A DNA stretch of 63,148 nucleotides, filler included, from Reticulomyxa filosa (Eukaryota; Protista; Foraminifera), in assembly GCA_000512085.1 (NCBI GenBank). It is 17 parts of 17 records of this genome, joined end to end, with 100 filler letters (N's around TTAATTAATTAA, not from the genome) between each part and the next. Parts side by side here need not be neighbours in the genome. Positions count along the whole stretch, not along the records: positions 1 to 11,589 come from ASPP01023640.1; positions 11,690 to 22,477 come from ASPP01010987.1; 15 more parts are not named here. One strand, written 5' to 3'. Position 1 is the first letter of the stretch, and every line of letters starts with the position of its first letter. Shown here one piece after another: positions 1 through 11,755 of the stretch. Under the pieces are notes generated by a model. That model searched no databases. It worked only from the letters and a program-made list of their open reading frames with translations, and had not been told where the DNA came from. A program made the translations under genes and the position numbers.

Positions 1-1
1 A

Positions 2-32
<31 letters not shown>

Positions 33-39
33 CACAAAG

Positions 40-1375
40 GATATAATCAAACTTTTGATTGGGGGAGGGGAACCTCTCCAACATAAAAAAAAGGAACTGT
101 TAAAAATGAAACGCGAAGAAAAGGCAGAACTACTGCGCTTGCAAATTCGTAAGCTGCATAATAAATTCGCTGCGCAATATCAAATATCGGTGGAAGAGGC
201 CAATGCGATTTATTCCAGCATTGAACAAGGAGGAGGACCACAGGATATTGACGTCGCATTGGAAGTTGCCTTTTCGCAACGCGTTGAAACGTACAACAAT
301 GAGCTCGAGGCCTTGCAAAGGCGTTTTGAAGAGCGTGTCGCGTGGTATAAAGATTTCCGCTTGCAAAATGATGAAGATTATGTCATTGATGATGAAAAGA
401 GAGAACAGATGAAAACTGTCATGGAAGAACAGGTTCATTTTTCATTTGTTATTTATTTTTTATACGTAATATCTTTGGACTCCTACATTCACTCTTTTTT
501 GTTTAATTATTTGTATTGTCTGCTGTTACAACAGATTTTGAAACGCAAGACCAGAATGGCCGATACCGAGCTGTTGGATAAGGCTACGTCCGAAATGTCG
601 CGTGAGGCAGCTTGCAAAGTGTTAAGGGATTTGGGTGTTTTGATTGAAGATGATACTGTCCTCAATTTGAGTTCGACGGACATTTTTGCAAAGCTGTCCG
701 ACAGTCGTCGTGATCAAATGAAACAAATTATCAAATGGGCCATTGAAGACCTCGGAAAAGAAGGACGATTGATGTCTTTGCAAATGGCCAATTATCAATG
801 TATGCATATATTCGTATATATATTTTTTAATGGCAAAAAAAGAAGAGAGGAATAAAAAATAAACAAACAAAAAAGTGGATGACGATCAACTCACTGAATT
901 AATGGGTTTGCTCCAGAACGCTCGAATGCTCACCGAATTAGTACTCGACTCCAATCCCATTACTGATAAAGGCATACTGCTGTTATCCGATTTCATTGCC
1001 GGTAATCCAGCAAGACTCCGAGTGCTGAAATTAAGTAATCTTTGGAGTGACATCACCACTCCTGTCATGAATGTGTTTTTAGCTGCGCTGGAAAAAAACA
1101 CGCAAATCACAAACTTGAGTATGGACACAAGGCTAATTCAACACAGAGATATTATCAGCAAAGTATGTGAACGCAACTGGAAAAGATTCGCCAAAATGCG
1201 AAAGCTTCAAAAAACGTTGTTGGGAGAAATCAAAAACAATCCCAAATTGGCAAACCCAAGAGGTATAACGCCAGCGACAGTCGGAGAAGAACAAGTTCCT
1301 GTTGAAACAAATGTTGAAAGTACCACAAATACCGAAAATGTAGAAAATGGTGACGAAAAAACTCAAACCGATTAA
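40..1375 (+). CDS. Tropomodulin/RNI-like LRR protein with N-terminal coiled coil (5' partial, spliced)
   Basis: Introns 433..534 (in frame, 102 nt) and 800..875 join ORFs 55..855 and 875..1375. The C-terminal LTELVLDSNPITDKGILLL...LRVLKLSN...ALEKNTQITNL...ERN matches the tropomodulin-type LRR and cap pattern. Confidence 0.7.
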
Positions 1376-4300
1376 GAAAATTTGGTGCTGTTTTGTAAAA
1401 TATTTTTTTGGTTGAATGCAAACTGTACAGACTTTGCAACATTTTTTCCTATTTTTGTCCCAGAACTTGAAGCAAGTTTTTCTATCAAAAGTTTATTCGT
1501 TGCATATATATAACTTTAATTTCAGATTTTTTCTTTTCGTTAATTTCTACAAATACAACAATAGAACAAAAAATAAGAAGGTAGAGTATTAGATCATATG
1601 TTATGTTGGTGTTGCATGATTCAGAAGCTTCTTTTTTGCTTTTCTCATTTTTTAATATTTGATGAACAATATAATTATTTAACAAAATTGAAGGACACAT
1701 AAGTAGAATAACAATTGCACAGATGGTATAACTATGGCATCATATTTAAATGATAGAAGGACAAAAACATGAGCAAATGATTCAATATTACAAAGACGTA
1801 GCGACAAAAAGTGTAATTTTCACACTAAATAGCAAGCAAGCTTTATACAAACAGATAATAAAAAAAATGAAGTAAAGTGATCTGATGAAGACGTAATGAA
1901 AACCTAAAGACAGCAATAAAATTCATACGCTAGCCAATTTTGCCAAAAAATTAGAGTCCGTCTTCAATTCTAAAAATTAGTCGAAAATAAAATTATTTGT
2001 TCTAAAACTACACAACATCTATAAAAATAACGTGATTGGTAAATTTCTTTGTGATTGTCTACATACTCGCAAAGCTAATAAACATTTTTTCAAAAAATTA
2101 TTAAAATGTTGGTATTATTATCAAATTGTAAAGCAAAGCGTTAAAGTTAAAAATCACAACAATTTTCCAAATTTTTTTGGACCTGTTTTGTAAAGAGTAA
2201 CAGTTATGCTGTTCGAAATGATTTGTAACTCCTTGGGATTCTCAATAGTAACTTATGAGAAGTCATTTTCACAAAAAGCTTCGTTATAGCAGGAATTTTA
2301 TTGCAAAGATACTGATCGTGACTTAAGTGACTAAAGAAAAGTAGTCATTTTTTGTAGTGCAAAAGTATGCAGTCCTCTGATTCAGACTTTTTCCTCAGCT
2401 AGTCAGCTACGAGAAAGAAAATGAAAATGAAAAATCATTGCGCTTTTTGAAGATTTCCTCGTTGAAAGAAGACAGTCAATTATTATCACCAGATTCAATT
2501 GTTGTCCCACGAAATCTTGTTTCTGACTTGGAGAACTCCCATTCGAACTTTCTCCCCTTGGCTTCTTCAGTCTCTTCAACTTTTCTTAGAAATCTGTCAA
2601 ATAGTGCCGTCATTTCCGGCAAGACACAAGCCTCCGAAAATGGGGCTAGTAACAACACGTTGGCTCCCAAAATTGTGGAAATGGAAAAGTGGGAGGAAGA
2701 CAATGAAAACCACTATTGGCCTAAACAGAAATTCCTTTTTATCAAAAAAGATCACAATGAAGAGTTAGGTGAATCGTCAGTTACTTGTAAATTTAAGATA
2801 ATGGAAAAGAAAAGGATAGTGAATAAGGTTAGCGAGTCTCCCCCACCGAGACAACAAGAGGAACATGTGGTTAAACAAAAATCGAAGTATACGTATCCAG
2901 TTAACGCAAAAGTACAAACAGTTGCGAAAAAACTAGTTGAAAAACGACTAGTAGAAAATTCAGCAGACGAATGCAACCAGTCGCGAAAAAGCTTGTTGAA
3001 AATCGTCTAGTAAAAAATTCTGTATACGAATTGCAACCACTTGTAATTCAAAAAAAAACAGACCAACTAGTTGTAAAACTCATAGGTGAGGGTCCTCCAA
3101 TTCCGGATCAAACCGCCCAGAAACGGCAACATGTAAGGTATTTCGAAACGGCAAGTAGTACAAAAGTTTATCAAGTAGTTAACAACCAAGGGGACAACGA
3201 CGGTGAGGACAGTTCGTTAGTCAAAGAACAACTGGTGAAGACAATATATAAACTAGATCATACACTAGCGAAAATTGCAAAGAAAGAGAATCATCAACCA
3301 GATCGCAGTTCAAAAAGGGGCGCAAGAATATAACTTTGGAATCAAAAGGCAAAGATTGCAACATGAAAACCAAGTTTTTTGACGCGCACGGGTTATTGTA
3401 AATGAAATCAGTAAAGAAAAATCCAACAAGTCAGAATTTGCCAGACGACAATCAAAATTCATTTGGAACACCGGATAAAAAGTTTTAAACATATCATCGG
3501 ATCATCAAGGATGGGTAAGTCCCAAAGGGACCCCTTGCGAGATTGCAACAATGCTATCCTTAATAGTAGAAGCAAAAGTCATTATCAAAGTAGTATGGAA
3601 CACACTAGATGACGCCGCAGTCCAAGTAGGACTAGAAATAGTGGTAAAAAGTCAAGTGAAAGCGAAAACAAAGACGGAAAAGGAGGTCAAAGGTGGAAAA
3701 GGAAGGAGAGCGGAGGCGGAAGCGCACGCGAAACTGGCGCAGCAACTTGGCATCACTGCGAAACCGACAGTACCACGCAAAAGAGAAAGCGTATTGAAAA
3801 AACAAACTATCATCCGTCCACCACGATGGTAAGCGGAGATATCTTGAACGGCGGGACACTGGGTCATAACGAATCTGCCACCAAAAGTCTCAAAACATAG
3901 ATTATCCACATTACTAGCAAGGGGGTACCGCGAGTGATCCCCCTTGGATCCTCCCGGGCGTGGAGCAACGACAAATAGGCACCCTCACCTCGAAACGCTC
4001 ATCACCTGCATCCAACAACAATGATAGCCCAAAACTTTAATACCTCCAGCGTCAATTGCGAAGCAAGTTTAATATACCAAAGTCAAAATCAATCGTCTCC
4101 TTGCGACCAATCGTTTGTAGAAAGTCAAATTCCACAGACAGTCTACACAGGTGGCAGTAGTAACGATGCATTCAACTAGCATTACACAGGTCACCGGCAA
4201 AAGAACGAGTCCAAAATACCCGTCCATCTAACAGCGACAGACATCCCGAGGTCGAAGTTTGGCACAACATGGGCTCCATCCATCCCCTCAAACATTTGGA

Positions 4301-7300
4301 GATAGATCAACGGTAAATGTGATCGCACCCATAGGGATGGCTTTTTCAAGTCAAATGGCACAATTCGTCACCACCACTCAACTGCTTCCAGACTCCGCGC
4401 AATCCCGTCCACTAGTGATCCTGCAAACAATCTATCGCTTTTAGAAGTCGCTCCTCCAGATGCTCATTTCCTAGCAGCAATCACATGGTCCAGTAGTAGT
4501 AGCGGAATTGTCAATCATCGAATACCGGCGGAAAACTCTCGGAATATCCCCTCCAATTAACCTGTGACCAGTACCACCAACATCTCAAAGGGTACCACAA
4601 ATGAACCAAGTACCAACCACCACGTATGCCAAACTCGAGAACTCGCCTCAAAACCCCTGTGAATGCATTTCAACCACAGAAATCTTCAATTGTATGTCGC
4701 ACGAAAAGCAACAATCATCGACATCATCTACATCGGCCCTGCTCCAACATGATCCGCTCGACTCCAGACCCGACATGGTCCCCGGCGAACTATCCCACAC
4801 AGCGACTCGTGAAACCCCCATTGGATCAGTGGTTTTAGAACCCAATCCCAATCATACAATCCGCAATATGCGAAGAAGATATCCATAGCAGCACCCCCAT
4901 CAACAAGTTGACTTGCACAACGACTGCCATTCGTCGAATTCAATAACATACACCAGCCCGGAACTTCCTAGATTTAAAGACTTTGGTGATAATGATTCCA
5001 GTATGCCGAGTGAGCAACTGGACTCATTATTTAATATCGATTCCGAACCTGATACAAAGGACGAGTAATTTTTTGTAGCAATCACAAAACATAACTTGAA
5101 GGCCAGGAATCTCCATCACAGAAGCACATCATCTCGTTACATGAAGGCCACCAATCGAACCACGTCACAAACGCAACAAAACAATCCGGAGAAACAAAGC
5201 CGTGATGCTATCATTCAGATGGACCACTGGCTCTCGCGTAAGCCAAGTCGTAAGTCCACCAAAAATCAACCAACATCGTCCGTCGAAAGCGACTCTGAAG
5301 TACGCTCAACAGTTCCAACTGCGTCGAGCATCAACGGCGCCGCATTGCATAGTGTACCATCCATCCCCGAAGCTTCCAATACATCCCCCCGAAGTCAATT
5401 GGCACTGCCAGCCGTCACAACAAGTGATTTACAAACGTCAAGCCCACCACAACCGTTCATCCGCGAACATCCAAGCCAAGTTCCAGATCCAATTGTTCCA
5501 AGCCAGATCGTCGAAGTATCATTATCCACCGGAACACCAGTTGTCATATCATCCGCACTGACTCAACGTATTGATCCGCCAACAATCGACATCCAGACAG
5601 CGATTTTAGAATTGGAAAAAACAATCACACCTTGGCCCGTATCATCCGTAGTGTTAACAATCGAAAACCAGACTGATATGCAAAGGTAGCACTTGCAAAC
5701 TGACCCGCCCACATCACAATACATCCCCGCGCCGAAGCAGGCAAAGCAAGGCCAGCCACATGTCGATCACAAAGGGTTTCAAAATCAGGTTTACATTCAT
5801 AATGAAATTCTGCAAACTCTTGAATCTGCATGTGTTTCTTCAGGCCTAAAACAATTCCGAACTATTTTTAAAAATCTCAACAAATCCAAAATTAATTATC
5901 GCAACAAGAGCGGTTGTGGCGAATGACGGAAATCTTTAATGTAATGTGTGACAAGGTCATCCAACATATCAGTAATGTTTTTAATTACCCCACAGTTAGA
6001 GTGGCATCCTCAACTGACGAAATTCTTCAATTTGATGCAGAAATTTCTCACATCAAAGTATTGCCAAAGGAACTTAACATAGTGTTAACAGGCTCACCAG
6101 TAAAGGAACAACTACAACGGCATACTGACGAATCAAATGGTGAAAAGAGTACAAGCACCAACAATGAAAATACTTTCAATGAAGGTACACCCAGTGCGCC
6201 AGCCATACATTTAACAAGCCAACACGATAAACCCCAGACTTAGCCCGTGAATAGAAGCCACAATCTAGTCACTGCAATGACGCCATCCCACCTTCATCGC
6301 TTGAAGAAGCGCAACGATCAAATGATGGCCGCTGCACGAGTATTTCCCCCAAAACGCGAAAAGTAGATGTAACATTAATATCAAAAAAATAACATCAAAG
6401 CACATCCGGCCTTCCGTCCGCCGTCCTCGATACCGCCCCGAGCCTACCTCCTGCAATTGAGAAAGAGCGTCACCCTTTTGTGCACGATCATCAGAACGTT
6501 CTTCTAAGATATCACCATGATGCAGGGGAATGTGAAAATATTGTGACGCACCCTTCGGACTAATACGATTATGACACAAATCGCATATGGTTGAACTTTA
6601 GTCAAGCACCTGCTAAGGCTATCACCCAACATAGCACCAACACGGGATCAATCGTGAACGACGTAAAATGCAACGATGAACAACCAGATATCGACCCAGA
6701 TGCGGTTCATTTACATAGAAATACCGAAACGGAAAAGAAGTATGTTCGCGACAAGACCTTCAAGTCATCTATCAAAATGTCAAGCACAATGCATTCAAAT
6801 GGTCATGCACAGGGCGCTTTCAACGCACTCACCGATGGTAGTGTTAGACGCAATCCCTTCGTTGGACCGTCACATACCATCCCCAATGACAACAAACACT
6901 ATAATGAACCGCGTAAATTGTTCCATAACAATAACGGCGATCATATGTCGGAGCTCCATGACATCGAAGATGTTTATTCCAAGGGCGGCCATAACATTCA
7001 ATCAACGGATCCCAACACGAATATAATGGTGGAACAACCTTCGAACATTGAACATACACACAATACGGAGTCAATTAACCATGACAACTCCGACATCTCA
7101 TTCGAACGCGACGAGCTATTCACGGTCATGCCGATTCACTCTCCAGATCCCCCACAGCAAGCAACCGAAATTCAAAGCAGGAAGGCCAACTCCTTTGAAT
7201 GCCCAGTTCACGGATGCAGCTCAGTACTCAAGACCGAAGCAGGGCTTCATATCAACGTCAACACACACATGTCGGACGAAGCTGGGGCCGCGCCCCACAA

Positions 7301-8189
7301 TCTTACTTTCAAGCGTTTGGCAGAATTAGTGTATGCAAATATTACCAAGTATGGTCGCATGTGATAATATGGACAAGAAATGCCATGAAGATATAGTTAT
7401 CCAGAAAAGGGACTTCCAGAATCAACGTTCCAGATCACATCGCTCTGCCGAGCAGAAATACGAAGATGAAATTAGCAATTGGCAACACTCACAATGGAGG
7501 AGATAATCAACAAACAAGCCAAAATTATTGGTCGCGTCCCTAAAAATGCACGAAGCTCAATCGCATCGACAACTGCATGGATTCTTATAGAAGTGGCAAC
7601 CAGCAATGACGATGCAGCATGGACCAAATGGCTTCTTTTCACAAGGTTTATATTATGGGACCCGGGAAGATGGGGTTCCAGACACGCTAACGCAACTACC
7701 GAGGTTATTATAAACAGAATAAAATTATGTAAAGAAAACAATATGTTGAAATTGTTGAAAGATTTTTGTGAACATTCTAACGCAATCACAGAGGCGAATG
7801 AAGCTAGATAAGCGAACCCATCCAAACAAGCAAAAACAAACGCTTCACATCCAAAGGCTATCAAGCTAACAGCATTTGGTGAATTATCAAAAGCCTTCAA
7901 AGCATTAACTCCCAGCCAACCCATAAAATACGATGAAAACACAATTCAACAACTTCAACAGAAACACCCACCGGAGGCCCCACCCATAGAGCTAATGCAT
8001 TCTTTGGAATCCGAGGATGACATTCACACGCTGGCCCCTATCCCCGCACACGATACCATATCGGTAGGCGAGCTAATCGCTTACAACAGAAAATTGTGAA
8101 GAACATCAACAGGAGGCGTAGACCTGTTCGCTGCTCAGCATCTAATTGATCTTGTCCCATTCGAATATGAATCCGGTACAATATCCAAT

Positions 8190-9638
8190 TTGGCCAAGGT
8201 GACAACGTTAATTATTAACGGAATGGTCTGTCAAAGTGCAGCTATCGCATATGGAGCAAGGCTAATTGGAATCGGCAAGCCCGATGGTAGTCCAAGACCA
8301 ATAGCAATTGGGTCACTTTTGAGAAGATCAGCGGGTGTAATTTTGATGAAAAGACATTCCGAAAAGATCAAGCGCATTGTGTGCCCAAATCAATTCGGCA
8401 TTAACGTTAAGGCATGCATCGAATTATTCATCAATTGCTTTAAGGCCGTCCTCCAGCACATTAGACCGGTCAAAGACGCAGCTGCAATCAAAGTCGATTT
8501 CAAGAATGCCTTTAATTCATGCAAAAGATCCAAAGTCATTGAACTGGTTAGAAAAGAAATCCTTGAATTATTTGGATACGTCAAGGGATGTTACGCTTCG
8601 CACATAACTCTTTTCTTAACTAACGGATCGTCGATACTATCTCAGTCATTTGTCCACCAGGGCAATCCTTTAGGAGCTCTATTCGCCATCGTACTAGCCG
8701 ACGCGCTGAAGATTGCAATATCCGGATTAAATAACATTTATCACGCTGCATATCATGATGATCTAACGCTGTCTGCAACTTCTTAGGCATCAATTACACA
8801 AGCAATGATTTCATTGGGAACACTCGAACAATCGCATGGTATTGATATAAATTATGCCAAGACTGATTGGATCGCCAACATGGAAGCACCTCCACCTGCT
8901 CAATTTATTGGTATTACCCACAATACAACATTCAACACAACCTTGGTTAGTGTCCCAATTGGAAGATCGGCACACATCAAGGACGAAATGGACACGATGC
9001 AAAGAGAATGTGATTCACAATTTGACAAAATCATCGCCTTGATGCAAAGTCAAATCATGCTTCTACTGTTGATGAACTCGATGCAACTATCGAAGGTCAA
9101 ATATTTTATTCAGACCATCTTCGCTAGCTACAACACAGGATGGATTGGAAAATTCGACGAAAGAATAAAGCGATCGATGGAAACTATTACACTTCAACCT
9201 ATTACCCCGCTGCAGTGGCTTCAATGCCAACTCTCAATTCGGCAGGGAGGATTCGGTTTGAAAATCGCAAGGCCATATGCTGGTGCCGCTTTCATTACCT
9301 CCGTACTAACGGCCTCCAAACTATTACCGTCGATCCACATAACATTTGAGAACGTCAACTGGATCCCGACTGTTGAAATTGACAACGCTATCCATGATTA
9401 CAATACATTCACCACTGATAAAGACAATATCATCGATTTAAATTTCCTACCTGAACAATCATCATTATCCAAGAACATCGCTGCAAATACTCGCAGGAAA
9501 TTCTTAGCCAAATGCAACCCAAGAACCAAAGCACTCGTGACTTCCATAATATCCACACAAACTCATCCGCCTACTTACACTCGATCCCCAACAAGTTCAC
9601 ATGGTCCCACTTCGACAATAAAGAATTACATTCGCTAA
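8190..9638 (+). pseudogene. Reverse transcriptase and thumb domain of the CRE-like element
   Basis: ARLIGIGKPDGSPRPIAIG..LRR, PNQFGI, KVDFKNAFNS, HQGNPLG, AYHDDL. In-frame TAG at 8784..8786, after which the same frame continues into ORF 8805..9638. Confidence 0.92.
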
Positions 9639-10233
9639 TCCGTTTTAGATTATCGCAACATGAGACTGCCGACAACAAATGTCAAGGTGGACTCGATTGT
9701 CACTCACAAATGGACAAGCTGGGGGACTATGCCATAGTTTGTTCACACGGTAAATGCAGAATCTTCCGCCATAACTTAGTCAACACATGCATATCCAAAT
9801 TGCTGAAGCGTGCAGGTCTAAGCCACAAGCGGAAGTTCGTAATACTAACAATAGTAACCAGCATCCAGGAGATATAATGATCAAATAGTTTAATCAAGAC
9901 ATTGAACGGACCTTTTTTGATATTAGCATCACTCACAAAAATGTAATTAATCAACTACCTGGGAAATTAATCGATGCAAATAAGTATTTCAATTATAAAA
10001 TTGGAAAATACAGAAATCTATTTGAGAATTCAAATTCCTCTTATATTCCATTGGTGGCAGAAGCAACAGGGGCCTGTCATCATAAAGCAGTCGAAGTTTT
10101 CAACAAAATCGCCGAAGTATTGGCCAGCATAGAAGGCAGATATTACCAAAAAGCGAAAGAAATAGTCTTTGGTTCAATAAGTGTTGCCCTCCAAAAGGGA
10201 AATGCATTTGCTTTTTGTACTAGCTGCAAGTAA
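9639..10233 (+). pseudogene. CCHC knuckle and restriction-like endonuclease (RLE) of the CRE-like element
   Basis: IRFRL..C....C...D.LGDYAIVC..G..RIFRHN, then HPGDIMIK*FNQDIERTFFDISITH...KIGKY...YIPLVAEATG...ISVALQKGNA; one frameshift and one in-frame TAG. Confidence 0.85.
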
Positions 10234-10325
10234 ATACTGCAGTCAAATCATCTCGCACAGTTGCCAAATACTCTTTCATATTAAAGTAAATTTTCTTTTC
10301 CATTAAGCAACACTAAAGATATTTT

Positions 10326-11589
10326 GCGAATGTATCACTTATGCAGAACATACTACATTTGAACTACTGCCAACTTTGATATTATTTACTACAAGTGTTG
10401 AACATTCAACAACATTTATATAATCTGTATGTCCATTGAATTCTTGAATCTTGACCAGACCGAATATCCCAAATAATATTGTATTTGCACCACAGTTCAT
10501 GCCTAATTCATTTGACCCATATTTTACAATACTAACATAATTTTTATCCCTTTGAATAAAATCAATTATTTTGATGTTTCAATATCCCATATTCGAATGG
10601 TTTTATCATTTGATCCGGAACAAATAGTATATCCATTACCACCAATAATTCCAAAGCTATTTCTTTTATTATTATTGTTGATATTTTGCAATTGTGAAAT
10701 ATCAACACACCAAACAGAATATTTATGTCCATTGAAAATACAAGTATTTTAGATGTTTCAGCATCCCATAAGCGAATAGTATTGTTAAATGATCCAAAAC
10801 ACATATATCTACCACTATTAAATGTGAGAATTAAATGCCATAAATACTGTTAGGGTGTCCATTGAATACTTGAAATTGTTTATTATCTTTGATATCCCAA
10901 GAACGAAAAGTTTTGTCTCCTAATGAAGGATAAATTACACTACGATCGTTGTTGTAATGATGATGTTGTGAAAACAATACACATTATTTGAATGCTCATT
11001 GAATGATTGAATTTGTTTATTTGTACTACTCCCATACACGAACTGTTGTGTCATTTGACCCAGAGCAAATAATTGATTACAATCAAATGTTAAATAGTCA
11101 ATACTGTTTACACAAGTTGCGTGTCCAGTAAAAGTTTTGAGTAATTTAGATGATGAAGAAAACACTTCAAGCATAAAGAAGTTCGTTGCCTGTATTAAGT
11201 GAAAATAACAAAAAAAATATTTTCATGAATAAAACAAAGACAAAAAACAAACTTACATATTTGATAATAAGTTTGTGAAAATCCTGGATCCGAATTGAAT
11301 ATTTAATATTCGAATATTTTGGACATCGTCTTCTGGCTGGTTCAACCACACATTTGAATTACCAATACTATCATTTATTACAAATGGTGAATATTCAACA
11401 GACGATGCAATAAATAAATGTCCATTGAATACTTGAATTTGTTGACCAGATCGAATATCCAATAAACGAACACTTGCATCATTTGATCCAGATAATATTG
11501 TATTTAATAATTCATTTGGTCCGTATTTTACACTATTCACAAAACCTGTATGTCCTTTGAATACATTCAATTGTTTTGTTGTTTCAATA
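10326..11589 (-). pseudogene. WD40-repeat (G-beta-like) pseudogene of a highly expanded family
   Basis: Fragments FKGHTGFVNSVKYG..ILSGSNDASVRLLDIRSGQQIQVFNGH, SSSKLLKTFTGH and GSFNNTIRLWDAET occur in several frames with stops; more than one copy or a rearranged order. Confidence 0.88.
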
Positions 11590-11689
11590 NNNNNNNNNNN
11601 NNNNNNNNNNNNNNNNNNNNNNNNNNNNNNNNNTTAATTAATTAANNNNNNNNNNNNNNNNNNNNNNNNNNNNNNNNNNNNNNNNNNNN
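11590..11689. other. Artificial contig linker (N44-TTAATTAATTAA-N44); first of 16
   Basis: The same 100-nt linker, with stops in all six frames, occurs at 11590, 22478, 23819, 25448, 28416, 34151, 37576, 41351, 42719, 46640, 48562, 50074, 54954, 56759, 57902 and 60476. Sequence on either side is unlinked. Confidence 0.98.
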
Positions 11690-11755
11690 CCAACCAAACA
11701 ACCAACCAAACAACCAACCAAACAACCAACCAAACAACCAACCAAACAACCAACT
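11690..11755 (+). repeat. 12-nt coding tandem repeat (CCAACCAAACAA; PTKQ)
   Basis: Directly visible at the contig start; related YPSK repeats at ~12250..12310. Confidence 0.9.

Larger units (their letters stand above)
2438..10325 (+). mobile_element. Decayed non-LTR retrotransposon, CRE/SLACS-like clade (ZnF-RT-RLE)
   Basis: Intronless block with higher GC than the flanks, broken by stops and frameshifts. Motifs in order: C2H2-like CPVHGC..LH....H (~7200); GELSKA...LQQKHP; RT motifs; QGGFGL; RFRL..C...C..D.LGD.A..C; RHN; HPGD..DISI..K..KY; PLVAEATG; ISVALQKGNA. Ends are approximate; no TSD or poly-A seen. Confidence 0.9.

Noticed and set aside
1485-1700. Remainder of the WD40 gene on the 5' side of the retroelement (KNEKSKK...TYDLIL)
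   Set aside because: Similarity to the family's C-terminal tail is too weak and no target-site duplication could be found.
1875-1915. Hammerhead-like CTGATGA...GAAA upstream of the retroelement
   Set aside because: No convincing stems I-III or cleavage triplet can be formed.
3918-4000. HDV-like ribozyme in the retroelement
   Set aside because: The hairpin loop is too short to hold P2/P3/L3 and no nested pseudoknot is evident.
4021-10233. Alternative genetic code (TAA/TAG = Gln) explaining in-frame stops in the retroelement
   Set aside because: The element also has TGA stops and frameshifts, and host genes here end in TAA/TAG (1375, 13877, 31622, 44817); decay is sufficient.
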